Positions 1 to 8,515 of a stretch of DNA of 24,106 bases are shown here, piece by piece. The stretch is from a virus (Duplodnaviria > Caudoviricetes). Made by a program: the position numbers and the translations under genes. The stretch lies in IMG/VR virus record IMGVR_UViG_3300020044_000617, positions 1 through 24,106 of that record. One strand, 5' to 3'. Below the pieces are notes generated by a model, which saw only the letters and a program-made list of their open reading frames with translations, did not search any database and was not told the origin of the DNA. The stretch's first letter is position 1. Every line of letters starts with the position of its first letter.

Positions 1-1093
1 TGTTGATGAAAGCCGAACTGAAAATGCAAAACCAATTGTTGATAAAGGGCGCGATGTAACCGATGCTGAAGAAAAAGAAAGAAAGCGTAAAGCCGAAGCC
101 GCAGAAAGAGAAAGAAAGCGTAAGGCCGCAGAAGATGAACGCGCAAGAATAAAAGCAATTAACGATGCAAACCGTGAGGCGCAAAAATACGCTAAAACAC
201 TTTTTGATATTGAAGGTCAAGAAGTTGCGGCATATACAAACGCGGCAAAGCGTATTGAAAAAGAACAGCAAGAATTAGATATTAAAAATCAATTGCTATT
301 CATTGACCAAAAAACAAAAGATATGCGGTCGGAAGATGCGCAACTGACAAAAGATTTATATATAGCAGAACAAAAGCGTTTAGACGCTATTCAAGAAATT
401 AACCGCAACAATCTTTTAGATAAAGATGCGAAGAAGGAATTAGTTGACCGTGAAAACGCATTAGCTGATGCCACAGAACGCTACCTACGCGCACAAAACC
501 AAGCGGTTAAAGCGCAACGCGAAGGCACAGGCGAACAAGGCTTCTTAAAAGAAGGTGCTAAGTTTTTCCGTGATATGCCTACTGATTTGGAAAACGGTGC
601 AAAGGCTTTTCAATCCGTAATGGGCAACATGGAAAGCGCATTGGATAATTTTGTTCGCACGGGCAAGTTATCGTTTAAATCTTTGGCGCGTAGCATTATT
701 CAAGATTTGATTGCCATTCAACTAAAAGCATCAGCAACAGGTTTGTTTAAATCTTTGTTTGGTATGTACGCGGGCGGTGGCTTTGGTACTGGAAACGCTT
801 TTGGCAATCAAGACATTGGCGGCTTTTTAGCCGATGGCGGTTCTGCTAATGCCAATACGCCTTATGTGGTTGGTGAACGCGGGCCTGAACTGTTTGTTCC
901 CCGTTCATCAGGCACGGTAATTCCCAACCATGCTTTAGCGGGCGCGGGCGGCTCTACAAACATCACAAACAACTACATTAACGCCATTGATACCAAATCG
1001 TTTGAAGAACGCTTGTACGGTAGTTCTAATGCGATTTGGGCGGCAAATCAGTACGCTAATAAATCATTGGCGGTTAACAGGGGTCGCGCATGA
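1..1093 (+). CDS. Tail tape measure protein, C-terminal part (5' truncated by the window)
   Basis: Frame 2 is open from base 2 to the TGA at 1093. The protein is a charged/Ala-rich helical coiled coil with lambda-type TMP C-terminal motifs (FVRTGKLSFKSLARSIIQDL; ADGG...YVVGERGPELFVP) and lies directly upstream of the tail-tip genes. Confidence 0.9.
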   Translation, partial: VDESRTENAKPIVDKGRDVTDAEEKERKRKAEAAERERKRKAAEDERARIKAINDANREAQKYAKTLFDIEGQEVAAYTNAAKRIEKEQQELDIKNQLLFIDQKTKDMRSEDAQLTKDLYIAEQKRLDAIQEINRNNLLDKDAKKELVDRENALADATERYLRAQNQAVKAQREGTGEQGFLKEGAKFFRDMPTDLENGAKAFQSVMGNMESALDNFVRTGKLSFKSLARSIIQDLIAIQLKASATGLFKSLFGMYAGGGFGTGNAFGNQDIGGFLADGGSANANTPYVVGERGPELFVPRSSGTVIPNHALAGAGGSTNITNNYINAIDTKSFEERLYGSSNAIWAANQYANKSLAVNRGRA

Positions 1094-1686
1094 GTTTTCA
1101 AACCATCTTTAACATTCAGCAATCCATGACGGTAAACAATCGCCGCATGGTTGGACAACAGGTAGCGCGTTCGGGTTACATCACCGTTGCACAATACTTA
1201 ACTGCCGTGCCTTGGGTGTTCACGATTCAACCCCATGCGTACCTTTACTATCCACAAGTTCGGGATGTAATCCAATCTATCGACAACAAAGATAGGCAAC
1301 TACCCGAAACAATTACCTTTAATAATTCAAACCTTTCGTGGTTTACCGAAATGCGCGGTACGGCTACAGCGGCTACGCTGAACGGTACGCCCGCGGCTAA
1401 TACGCAAACGCTTGCCTTGACTTCTAACGGTACATTTAAAGCGGGCGATTTCATTATGATTAACGGGTACACCTACAAAGTAACCGCGGATAGCGCAGGT
1501 TCATCAGTAGGCATTAACCGCCCGCTGATTGGTACGCCATCATCAGGCACAACGGTTTATTTAGGTAATGCTTGTACATTTACGGTTGTTGCAGAATCTT
1601 GCCCAACCTATACACTTAACCCAATGACGGATGGCGCGTTTGTCCAATGGGATGCCCCGTTTGTTTTCCGTGAGTACATAACATGA
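1090..1686 (+). CDS. Putative distal tail protein (Dit-like)
   Basis: 198 aa, ATGA overlap with the TMP stop, beta-rich, ends FVFREYIT. Assignment is mainly from position. Confidence 0.6.
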   Translation: MSFQTIFNIQQSMTVNNRRMVGQQVARSGYITVAQYLTAVPWVFTIQPHAYLYYPQVRDVIQSIDNKDRQLPETITFNNSNLSWFTEMRGTATAATLNGTPAANTQTLALTSNGTFKAGDFIMINGYTYKVTADSAGSSVGINRPLIGTPSSGTTVYLGNACTFTVVAESCPTYTLNPMTDGAFVQWDAPFVFREYIT

Positions 1687-2321
1687 CAACCATAAACGCC
1701 GTAACTGGTTCACAAATCAATCACGCGGAATTTGTACGCCTGACCGTAGGCAATGCGGCAACGGTTTACACATTCTGCAACGCCGCCGCACCCATCACGG
1801 TTAGCGGCATTACCTTTTCCAATCTTGGCGCGTTGCTAAGTGTTGGTGATGTTCAGCGCGACATTAAGGCAACATCGGATGACATGACTATTGCATTGAC
1901 GGGTATTGACCCAACCAATGTAGGCATCATTCTTAGCAACGACATTAAAGGTTCGTTGGTAGAAGTTTGGCGCGGGTTCTTTGATTCAAACAACCAAATC
2001 ATTACTACGCCAACAACGCAGTTTTTTAAACGCTACCAAGGCATCATTAACAGCGTTTCAATCACCGAAGATTTCAACAGCGAAGCAAGAACTAGGATTG
2101 CAACTTGTTCTATTTCTTGTTCATCGATGCGCCGCATTTTGGAAAACAGATTGTCGGGCGTAAAGACAAATCAAAGTAACTGGCAATTTATTTATTCTAA
2201 CGACACATCGATGGATAGGGTTGCTGAAATATCAAACCAGTATTTTGATTTTGGCGCACCGCCAATGAAGCAAACACAAGCAAGCGAAACAACAATTGCA
2301 TTTGATGGCGGTGGCGATTAA
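1683..2321 (+). CDS. Putative baseplate hub / minor tail protein (gpL-like position)
   Basis: 212 aa, ATGA-coupled. Motifs GALLSVGDV, IALTGID, VEVWRGFFD and YQGII resemble siphophage hub proteins; gene order TMP-Dit-hub. Confidence 0.6.
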   Translation: MTTINAVTGSQINHAEFVRLTVGNAATVYTFCNAAAPITVSGITFSNLGALLSVGDVQRDIKATSDDMTIALTGIDPTNVGIILSNDIKGSLVEVWRGFFDSNNQIITTPTTQFFKRYQGIINSVSITEDFNSEARTRIATCSISCSSMRRILENRLSGVKTNQSNWQFIYSNDTSMDRVAEISNQYFDFGAPPMKQTQASETTIAFDGGGD

Positions 2322-2768
2322 ATGATAAGACAAGCAACAAGATACGACATACCAAGATTGTTAGAAATTGTAGAGGCTTACGCTTATGAAAACCCAATTA
2401 AAAAACTTGGTCAATCGCATAACCACTTTCCCCGTTATGTTGAAGAACTATTGTTCAGCATCATTCAAGGGCGTGGGTTCATTTATGTGGATACGCATTT
2501 GCGCGGTGCAATCATCGCTTACAAAACTTCTAACATTTGGTCGCCAAAAGTAAAAGAGTTAAACGAACTTTTGTGGTGGGTAGAACCTGAATATCGCAAT
2601 GGAACGGTTGGTGGTAGGCTTTGGAAAGCGTTTGATGAACGCGCACAAGATATGTTAAAGATGGGTGAAGTAGATATTGTTTGCACTTCAATTTCTGCTA
2701 GTGGCCCGTTGATTGATTACACGCGCAGGGGCTACAAAGCACTTGGCGCAACTTTTGTTAGGGAATAA
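2322..2768 (+). CDS. GNAT-family acetyltransferase-like protein
   Basis: N-terminal MIRQATRYDIPRL, acetyl-CoA motif A (WWVEPEYRNGTVGGRL) and C-terminal YTRRGYK. Confidence 0.8.
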   Translation: MIRQATRYDIPRLLEIVEAYAYENPIKKLGQSHNHFPRYVEELLFSIIQGRGFIYVDTHLRGAIIAYKTSNIWSPKVKELNELLWWVEPEYRNGTVGGRLWKAFDERAQDMLKMGEVDIVCTSISASGPLIDYTRRGYKALGATFVRE

Positions 2769-2770
2769 AA

Positions 2771-5700
2771 ATGGTTGCAACTTTAATTGCGGGTTTAGAA
2801 CTAATTGGTTTTTCAACAGCAATGGCAACCTTTGCCGTTAACTTTGCTGTTTCTTATGTTGTTACGCGAATCTTTGCCGACAATCCTGAAAAGCAACAGG
2901 ATATGGGCGTTCGCCAACAAGTTCCCCCAAGCGCAGTAAACGCAATTCCTATTGTTTATGGCGATGCGTACATGGGCGGTACATTCATTGATGCGGTACT
3001 AACCGAAGATCAAAAAACAATGTATTATGTTTTGGCTATTTCAAGCATTAGCCCTAATGGTCAATTTACATACGATACAACCGATATGTATTTTGGCGAT
3101 AGAAAAATTACTTTTGGAACGGGCGCAGATTCAACAAAAGTAGTTAGCCTAACTGATGGCGCAGAGAATGTAAACACAAAGGTTAGCGGCAACCTTTACA
3201 TCAATCTTTATAAATCTACCGCGGCAGGTGTAATTACATCTACAAACGGCGCATCAGCGCCTAGCACCGTAATGGGCGGTTCTGACATTGCGGTTGCACA
3301 GCGTTGGACAGGCACACGACAAATGAACGGTTTGGCGTTTGCGATTGTAAAAATGATTTACAACCGTGATGCCGACACTACACAACTTTCCCCCATCACA
3401 TTTCATGTAAGCCATACATTGAATGGCACGGGCGTAGCCAAAGCGGGCGATGTTTGGTATGACTACATCACAAGTACAGTTTATGGCGGCGCAGTAGATA
3501 CGGCGTTTGTAAACAGCGCAAGCGCAACCGCCTTAAACACTTATGGCGATGAACTAATTTCTTTTACCGATTCTGATGGCAACCCTGATACGCAAGCGCG
3601 TTACAGAATTAACGGTGTGTTAGATGCGGGGCAATCAGTTCTTTCTAATATCGACCGCATTATGTCGGCGTGTGATTCATGGATGACATACAACGCCGCA
3701 TTAGGTCAATGGTCGGTGGTGGTCAACAAAGCAGAATCTACAGCGTATGCGTTTGATGATGACAACATCATTGGCGAAATTCGCGTTAGTGCAACCGACA
3801 TTACATCGTCAATTAACCAAGTTGAAGCGCGTTTCCCGTTCAAAGATAACCGCGACCAAGCCGCGTTTGTCAACATTGAAACACCTAGCGGTTTACTGTA
3901 TCCCAACGAACCCGTTAACAAGTATTCAATTACTTACGATATGGTTAACGATTCGGTGCAAGCGCAATACCTTGCCAATCGTTTGTTGGAACAAGCCCGC
4001 GAAGATTTAATTGTTTCATTCAGCACTACTTACTACGGCATCCAAGTTGATGCGGGTCAAGTGGTTAGCGTTACCAATACCGATTACGGATGGAACGCAA
4101 AACTTTTCCGTGTGATGAAAGTTAACGAAGCATCGTTACCTGATGGTTCGCTAGGCGCACAATTAGAAATGTCAGAGTACAACGCATCAGTTTATGACAA
4201 TGCAACCATTACGCAATTTGCACCCGTTTCTAATTCAGGTTTGGCATCAGTAAGTTATTTTTCACCATTAGCCGCACCTACAGTTACAGGCTACCCAACC
4301 GCGACTATTCCATATATCAATGTTCAAGTTTTTGTGCCAACAACAGGGCGCGTGACATTTGGTAATTTGTTTTGGACAACTAGCGCAACGCCATCATCGG
4401 GCGATTGGAAGTTAGTAACAAGCGCATCTACTACTGATGGGCAACCCGTTACCAACGGTTCTTATTACACTTTTTCAAACATCACCCTAAATTCTGGAAC
4501 TTATTACTTTTCCTACAATGTTGGAAATGATGTAACTACATCAACACTAAGCCCAATAAGTTCTGCGTTTGTTTGGAATCCCGTAGCGGGCGTTGGTCCA
4601 ACGGGTGCAAGCGGTCCAACAGGCCCATCGGGTTCAGGCCCTACTGGTTCTACAGGCCCTACGGGAACGGTTGGCCCTACGGGTGTGACAGGGCCTACAG
4701 GCGTAACAGGACCTACGGGCAGTAGTGGCGATTCTGTAGATATTATTTTTAAACGTTCAGCAAGCCAACCAACAACGCCATCACCATCGGTAGGAACGCC
4801 CGCAACATGGTATTCCGATGTTAATTCCGTCCCTGCGGGGGCTGACCCGATTTGGTCATGCGTTGGAACAAATACAGGAACTGGCACAAATTACACTTGG
4901 CAAACGCCACTTTTAATTGAAGGGCAAACTGGTTCAAACGGTTTATCCGTTGCTGAAGTACTAATTTATATTAGGGCTACATCTACGCCAACTACCCCAA
5001 CAGGCGGTAGTTATAACTTTACAACGCAAACACTAACTGCACCATCGGGGTGGTTTTCATCCGTGCCTACGGGGACTGCGCCCGTTTATACATCGCGTAG
5101 CGTTGCATCGGTTCAGGGGACTACAGGCACAGATACCACACTAACATGGAGTGCGCCAACGCTAAGTTTTGAAAATGGCGCTACAGGTCCAACGGGCGTT
5201 ACTGGCCCTACTGGTGTGACAGGCACAACAGGACTAAACAGCGCAACTGTTTATTTGTATAACAAAAATACATCGACAACCCCGCCCGCTTTATTTAGCG
5301 GAACATTTACCTACACATTTAGTACTGGTGTTCTTAGCACATATCCTAGTGGTGTATTTAATGGTTGGTCACAAACGCCGCCATCAATAGCAACAGGGGA
5401 ATATTTATTTCTTTCATTGGCTACTGCTGTTGATTCATCAGAAACTGATGCCGTTGCATCGGCTGAATTTTCTACGCCTCAAGTTATTAGCGGAACGGGT
5501 GCAACGGGCGCAAATGGTGCTAATACGGCGATTGTTAGTTTGTTTAATAAAAATACAAGCGCGGTTACAGCGCCGACATCGCCAACAGGTACATTTACAT
5601 ATACGTTTTCAACAGCAGTTTTAAGTGGCGGCACATTAAACGGTTGGTCGCAATCTGCGCCGAATTTGACTGTTGGTGAATATCTTTGGGAAAGACAAGC

Positions 5701-7714
5701 AACTGCTTTTTCAACTGGTTCAACGGACACTATTGCTTCTACAGAATTTAGTGGCGCGGTAGTTGTTGGCGCGGCGGGAAATACTGGTCCAACTGGCACA
5801 ACAGGGCCTACGGGAGTGACTGGGCCAACGGGCAGTAGTGGCGATTCTGTAGATATTATTTTCAAGCGTTCTGCAACACAACCAACTACCCCATCGCCAT
5901 CAGTTTCAACACCTGCAACTTGGTATTCTGATGTTAATTCCGTACCCGCGGGTTCTGACCCAATTTGGTCATCAGTAGGTACGAATACGGGAACTGGCAC
6001 AAATTACACTTGGCAAACACCGATACTAATTGAAGGTCAAACAGGCACAAGTGGCTTATCCGTTGCTGAAGTTTTAATTTACATTAGGGCGACATCAGCA
6101 CCCACTACACCAACGGGCGGTAGTTATAACTTCACCACACAAACATTAACTGCCCCTACAAATTGGTTTTCCTATGTTCCTACTGGCACAAACCCCGTTT
6201 ACACATCTAGAAGTGTTGCGTCTATTGAAGGAACAACAGGTACAGATTCATCGTTAACTTGGAGTTCGCCCACATTAAGTTTTCAAAACGGTGCAACTGG
6301 TCCGACTGGCATAACAGGGCCTACTGGCATAACAGGGCCTACGGGCGTGACTGGACCAACTGGAAATGGCGGGCCGACTGGCCCTACTGGTTCTAGTATT
6401 ACTGGCGCAACTGGCCCTCGTAATGCACAAGTTTATTTTTATTACAACACAGGGCAATCAACTGCGCCAACCGCACCGACAACTGCACAAGTTGCGTATG
6501 ACTTTGCAACACAAACTGCAAGCATAACGGCAAGCGGTTGGAGTACTACATTTAATCCAAGCGCAGTTTCAACAACATCAGAAAACAATAAATATTGGGC
6601 GGTGCTTGTTGTATTTCAAGAAGCAACTTATGGCGGTGCATATTCTGAAACCATCAGTACAGTATTTACTTGGCAAAATTTGAATGGGTTGGTTACATTC
6701 ACCAACCTTTCTAATTCCATTGGTTCGGGAGGCACTACAACAACATTTATTGATGGTGGTGCAATCACGGCAGACACACTATCAGTTAATAAAATTGAAA
6801 ATAATACAAGTTCTACATTTAACAATTATGTAACTTTTGGTCTTGGAACTGGTTCTGCAATTGGTGGGTATTTTGGAGGTGGTGCATTTACCACTTCTAA
6901 TTTTACATACTACGGAATATTGGCGGCAAATACTGGAAATGGTTATGCTATTGGTGCAGGCACAACAAACACCACTTCATCAGGTATTGGTGCTATTGTT
7001 GCAGTAGGTTCTGGAAATAATTCAACAATTTCTAAATATAAAAATGCGGCATATTTAGGGACTGGTTTATCTGGAGGAACTTTTCAAACTGGTGGTGCAG
7101 ATTATTTGCAAGATGTTACACCAACTGCTGAAATAAATTTGGCTTTTTATACAGGTGGGGTTTCTTATGCTTACTACATTACATCAGGGGCGGCATACCC
7201 ATTTACAGCGGGTCACGATGGATTGCAATTATTAACAGAGGATATCCCGCAAGTTGGGGATTTAATGATTGATGTTGCAATGTTTGCCGCACCAAATGTT
7301 AATGATTCAATAACACAAATGACTGTTTCAACAACAGCAAATCAAAAAGGTGTTATTGGAGTATTTACTGGTGTTTGTGGAAATGGATTTGTGCCTGCAT
7401 CACTAGGCTATTACATAGAAGGTGAGCAAGGTTGCATTAACAATTTTGTTATGAAACCCGAATACTCTAATGTGTACGAAACTTACAGACCAATTGGCGT
7501 AAATGCTATTGGCGAGGGCAAAATCAATGTATGCGGGCAAGGTGGTGACATTGCCGTTGGAGATTTTATTGTTGCAAGCGATATTGCAGGCAAAGGCATG
7601 AAACAATCTGACGATGTTTTTTACAGTTATACAATTGCCAAATCGCGCGAAGCGGTAACATTTTCTAATCCAACTGAAGTAAAACAGATTGCGTGTATTT
7701 ACATGGGCGGTTAA
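2771..7714 (+). CDS. Tail tip / central fibre protein with collagen linkers, repeated beta modules and a C-terminal peptidase G2-like chaperone domain
   Basis: The N-terminal ~600 aa is gpJ/tail-tip-like (IPIVYG, RYRINGVLD, LFRVMKV). It is followed by (GPT)n stretches, repeated S/T/P-rich modules and a C-terminal FTAGH...KGVIGV...NAIGEGKINV...GDFIVAS...GKGMKQ domain. Confidence 0.8.
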   Translation: MVATLIAGLELIGFSTAMATFAVNFAVSYVVTRIFADNPEKQQDMGVRQQVPPSAVNAIPIVYGDAYMGGTFIDAVLTEDQKTMYYVLAISSISPNGQFTYDTTDMYFGDRKITFGTGADSTKVVSLTDGAENVNTKVSGNLYINLYKSTAAGVITSTNGASAPSTVMGGSDIAVAQRWTGTRQMNGLAFAIVKMIYNRDADTTQLSPITFHVSHTLNGTGVAKAGDVWYDYITSTVYGGAVDTAFVNSASATALNTYGDELISFTDSDGNPDTQARYRINGVLDAGQSVLSNIDRIMSACDSWMTYNAALGQWSVVVNKAESTAYAFDDDNIIGEIRVSATDITSSINQVEARFPFKDNRDQAAFVNIETPSGLLYPNEPVNKYSITYDMVNDSVQAQYLANRLLEQAREDLIVSFSTTYYGIQVDAGQVVSVTNTDYGWNAKLFRVMKVNEASLPDGSLGAQLEMSEYNASVYDNATITQFAPVSNSGLASVSYFSPLAAPTVTGYPTATIPYINVQVFVPTTGRVTFGNLFWTTSATPSSGDWKLVTSASTTDGQPVTNGSYYTFSNITLNSGTYYFSYNVGNDVTTSTLSPISSAFVWNPVAGVGPTGASGPTGPSGSGPTGSTGPTGTVGPTGVTGPTGVTGPTGSSGDSVDIIFKRSASQPTTPSPSVGTPATWYSDVNSVPAGADPIWSCVGTNTGTGTNYTWQTPLLIEGQTGSNGLSVAEVLIYIRATSTPTTPTGGSYNFTTQTLTAPSGWFSSVPTGTAPVYTSRSVASVQGTTGTDTTLTWSAPTLSFENGATGPTGVTGPTGVTGTTGLNSATVYLYNKNTSTTPPALFSGTFTYTFSTGVLSTYPSGVFNGWSQTPPSIATGEYLFLSLATAVDSSETDAVASAEFSTPQVISGTGATGANGANTAIVSLFNKNTSAVTAPTSPTGTFTYTFSTAVLSGGTLNGWSQSAPNLTVGEYLWERQATAFSTGSTDTIASTEFSGAVVVGAAGNTGPTGTTGPTGVTGPTGSSGDSVDIIFKRSATQPTTPSPSVSTPATWYSDVNSVPAGSDPIWSSVGTNTGTGTNYTWQTPILIEGQTGTSGLSVAEVLIYIRATSAPTTPTGGSYNFTTQTLTAPTNWFSYVPTGTNPVYTSRSVASIEGTTGTDSSLTWSSPTLSFQNGATGPTGITGPTGITGPTGVTGPTGNGGPTGPTGSSITGATGPRNAQVYFYYNTGQSTAPTAPTTAQVAYDFATQTASITASGWSTTFNPSAVSTTSENNKYWAVLVVFQEATYGGAYSETISTVFTWQNLNGLVTFTNLSNSIGSGGTTTTFIDGGAITADTLSVNKIENNTSSTFNNYVTFGLGTGSAIGGYFGGGAFTTSNFTYYGILAANTGNGYAIGAGTTNTTSSGIGAIVAVGSGNNSTISKYKNAAYLGTGLSGGTFQTGGADYLQDVTPTAEINLAFYTGGVSYAYYITSGAAYPFTAGHDGLQLLTEDIPQVGDLMIDVAMFAAPNVNDSITQMTVSTTANQKGVIGVFTGVCGNGFVPASLGYYIEGEQGCINNFVMKPEYSNVYETYRPIGVNAIGEGKINVCGQGGDIAVGDFIVASDIAGKGMKQSDDVFYSYTIAKSREAVTFSNPTEVKQIACIYMGG
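4715..6310 (+). repeat. Intragenic direct repeat of about 480 bp (4715-5197 and 5828-6310)
   Basis: Both copies start ACGGGCAGTAGTGGCGATTCTGTAGATATTATT. The offset is 1113 nt (in frame) and differences are mostly synonymous. Confidence 0.92.
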
Positions 7715-7743
7715 AATTTCCAACAATACACTACACCATTACC

Positions 7744-7782
7744 CCGCGTGAAACGCGGATGTTCTAACTAAGTTTAGGGAAC
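7744..7782 (+). promoter_or_regulatory. Two intergenic hairpins, the second covering the RBS of the next gene
   Basis: CCGCGT-GAA-ACGCGG (7744-7758), then GTTCTAA (7761-7767) pairing with TTAGGGAAC (7774-7782). No U-tract follows. Confidence 0.4.
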
Positions 7783-7786
7783 GGCA

Positions 7787-8272
7787 ATGGCCATCTTTAA
7801 TAAGAATACCCTTGCGCAAGTAAGCGGGTTCGACAACCCCATACTAGCGGGTGAATTGGTTTGGGATCAACAAACCTTTTGGAATCTGACTTTCCAAACA
7901 AACGCAAGCACAAACGTAAATCTAACTGGCGCAACCATTGATGCGCAGATTGTTCGCCGCCAATTGTCAAACATCATTGATACCCGTAACGGGCTTACCT
8001 TTGATATTTCCGACTACACGCCAACACCCCCTGCAATTCCATTGACGGTTACAAACGTAAACCTTTTAAATGGTAGTTGCACATTAGTTATTGATGCGGG
8101 CGCTTGGTCATTGATGGCAACCGACCCCGAGTTAGAAATTAACGCTAGTGACCCCGTTGGCTATTCAGGTCGCGTAAAAGTTTCTTTACCCGCAACAGGA
8201 ACTACGCCCGCGGATGACTTAATTATTTTCTTATTGTTCTTGGTTCGTTCTGATGGGGTGGTGGTGTTATGA
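7787..8272 (+). CDS. BppU-like baseplate/fibre adaptor protein
   Basis: 161 aa with VNLTGATIDAQIVRR-type beta-sandwich signature; precedes the fibre genes. Confidence 0.55.
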   Translation: MAIFNKNTLAQVSGFDNPILAGELVWDQQTFWNLTFQTNASTNVNLTGATIDAQIVRRQLSNIIDTRNGLTFDISDYTPTPPAIPLTVTNVNLLNGSCTLVIDAGAWSLMATDPELEINASDPVGYSGRVKVSLPATGTTPADDLIIFLLFLVRSDGVVVL

Positions 8273-8514
8273 CACAGGTAAAAGTACAACCCGCAAGTAA
8301 TGTTGTAGTTGTTGTTGACCGTAGCGCACAAGGCCCAACAGGCCCTGCGGGGGTCAATGGCGCAACAGGGCCTGCAGGTCCAACGGGCGCAACGGGTCAA
8401 GGTTTAGAACTACAAGGTGTTGTAGCAACCCCCGCGGATTTGCCCCCAACAGGCACAGCAGGTGAAGCATATTATGTGACTTCAACATCATCAGTTTATA
8501 TTTGGAGTAATTGA
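8269..8514 (+). CDS. Short collagen-like fibre protein ending in an incomplete globular module
   Basis: 81 aa, ATGA-coupled. About 8 Gly-X-Y triplets, then [17 protein letters not shown]...AYYV...VYIWSN*. Confidence 0.8.
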   Translation: MTQVKVQPASNVVVVVDRSAQGPTGPAGVNGATGPAGPTGATGQGLELQGVVATPADLPPTGTAGEAYYVTSTSSVYIWSN

Positions 8515-8515
8515 T

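Noticed and set aside
75-135. Short tandem duplication GAAAGAAAGCGTAA(A/G)GCC in the tape measure gene
   Set aside because: Ordinary low-complexity charged-helix repeat (ERKRKA) with no sign of a separate function.
4715-6310. Repeat pair as a diversity-generating retroelement TR/VR
   Set aside because: Differences are mostly synonymous and not adenine-specific, both copies are in-frame coding, and no reverse transcriptase is in the window.
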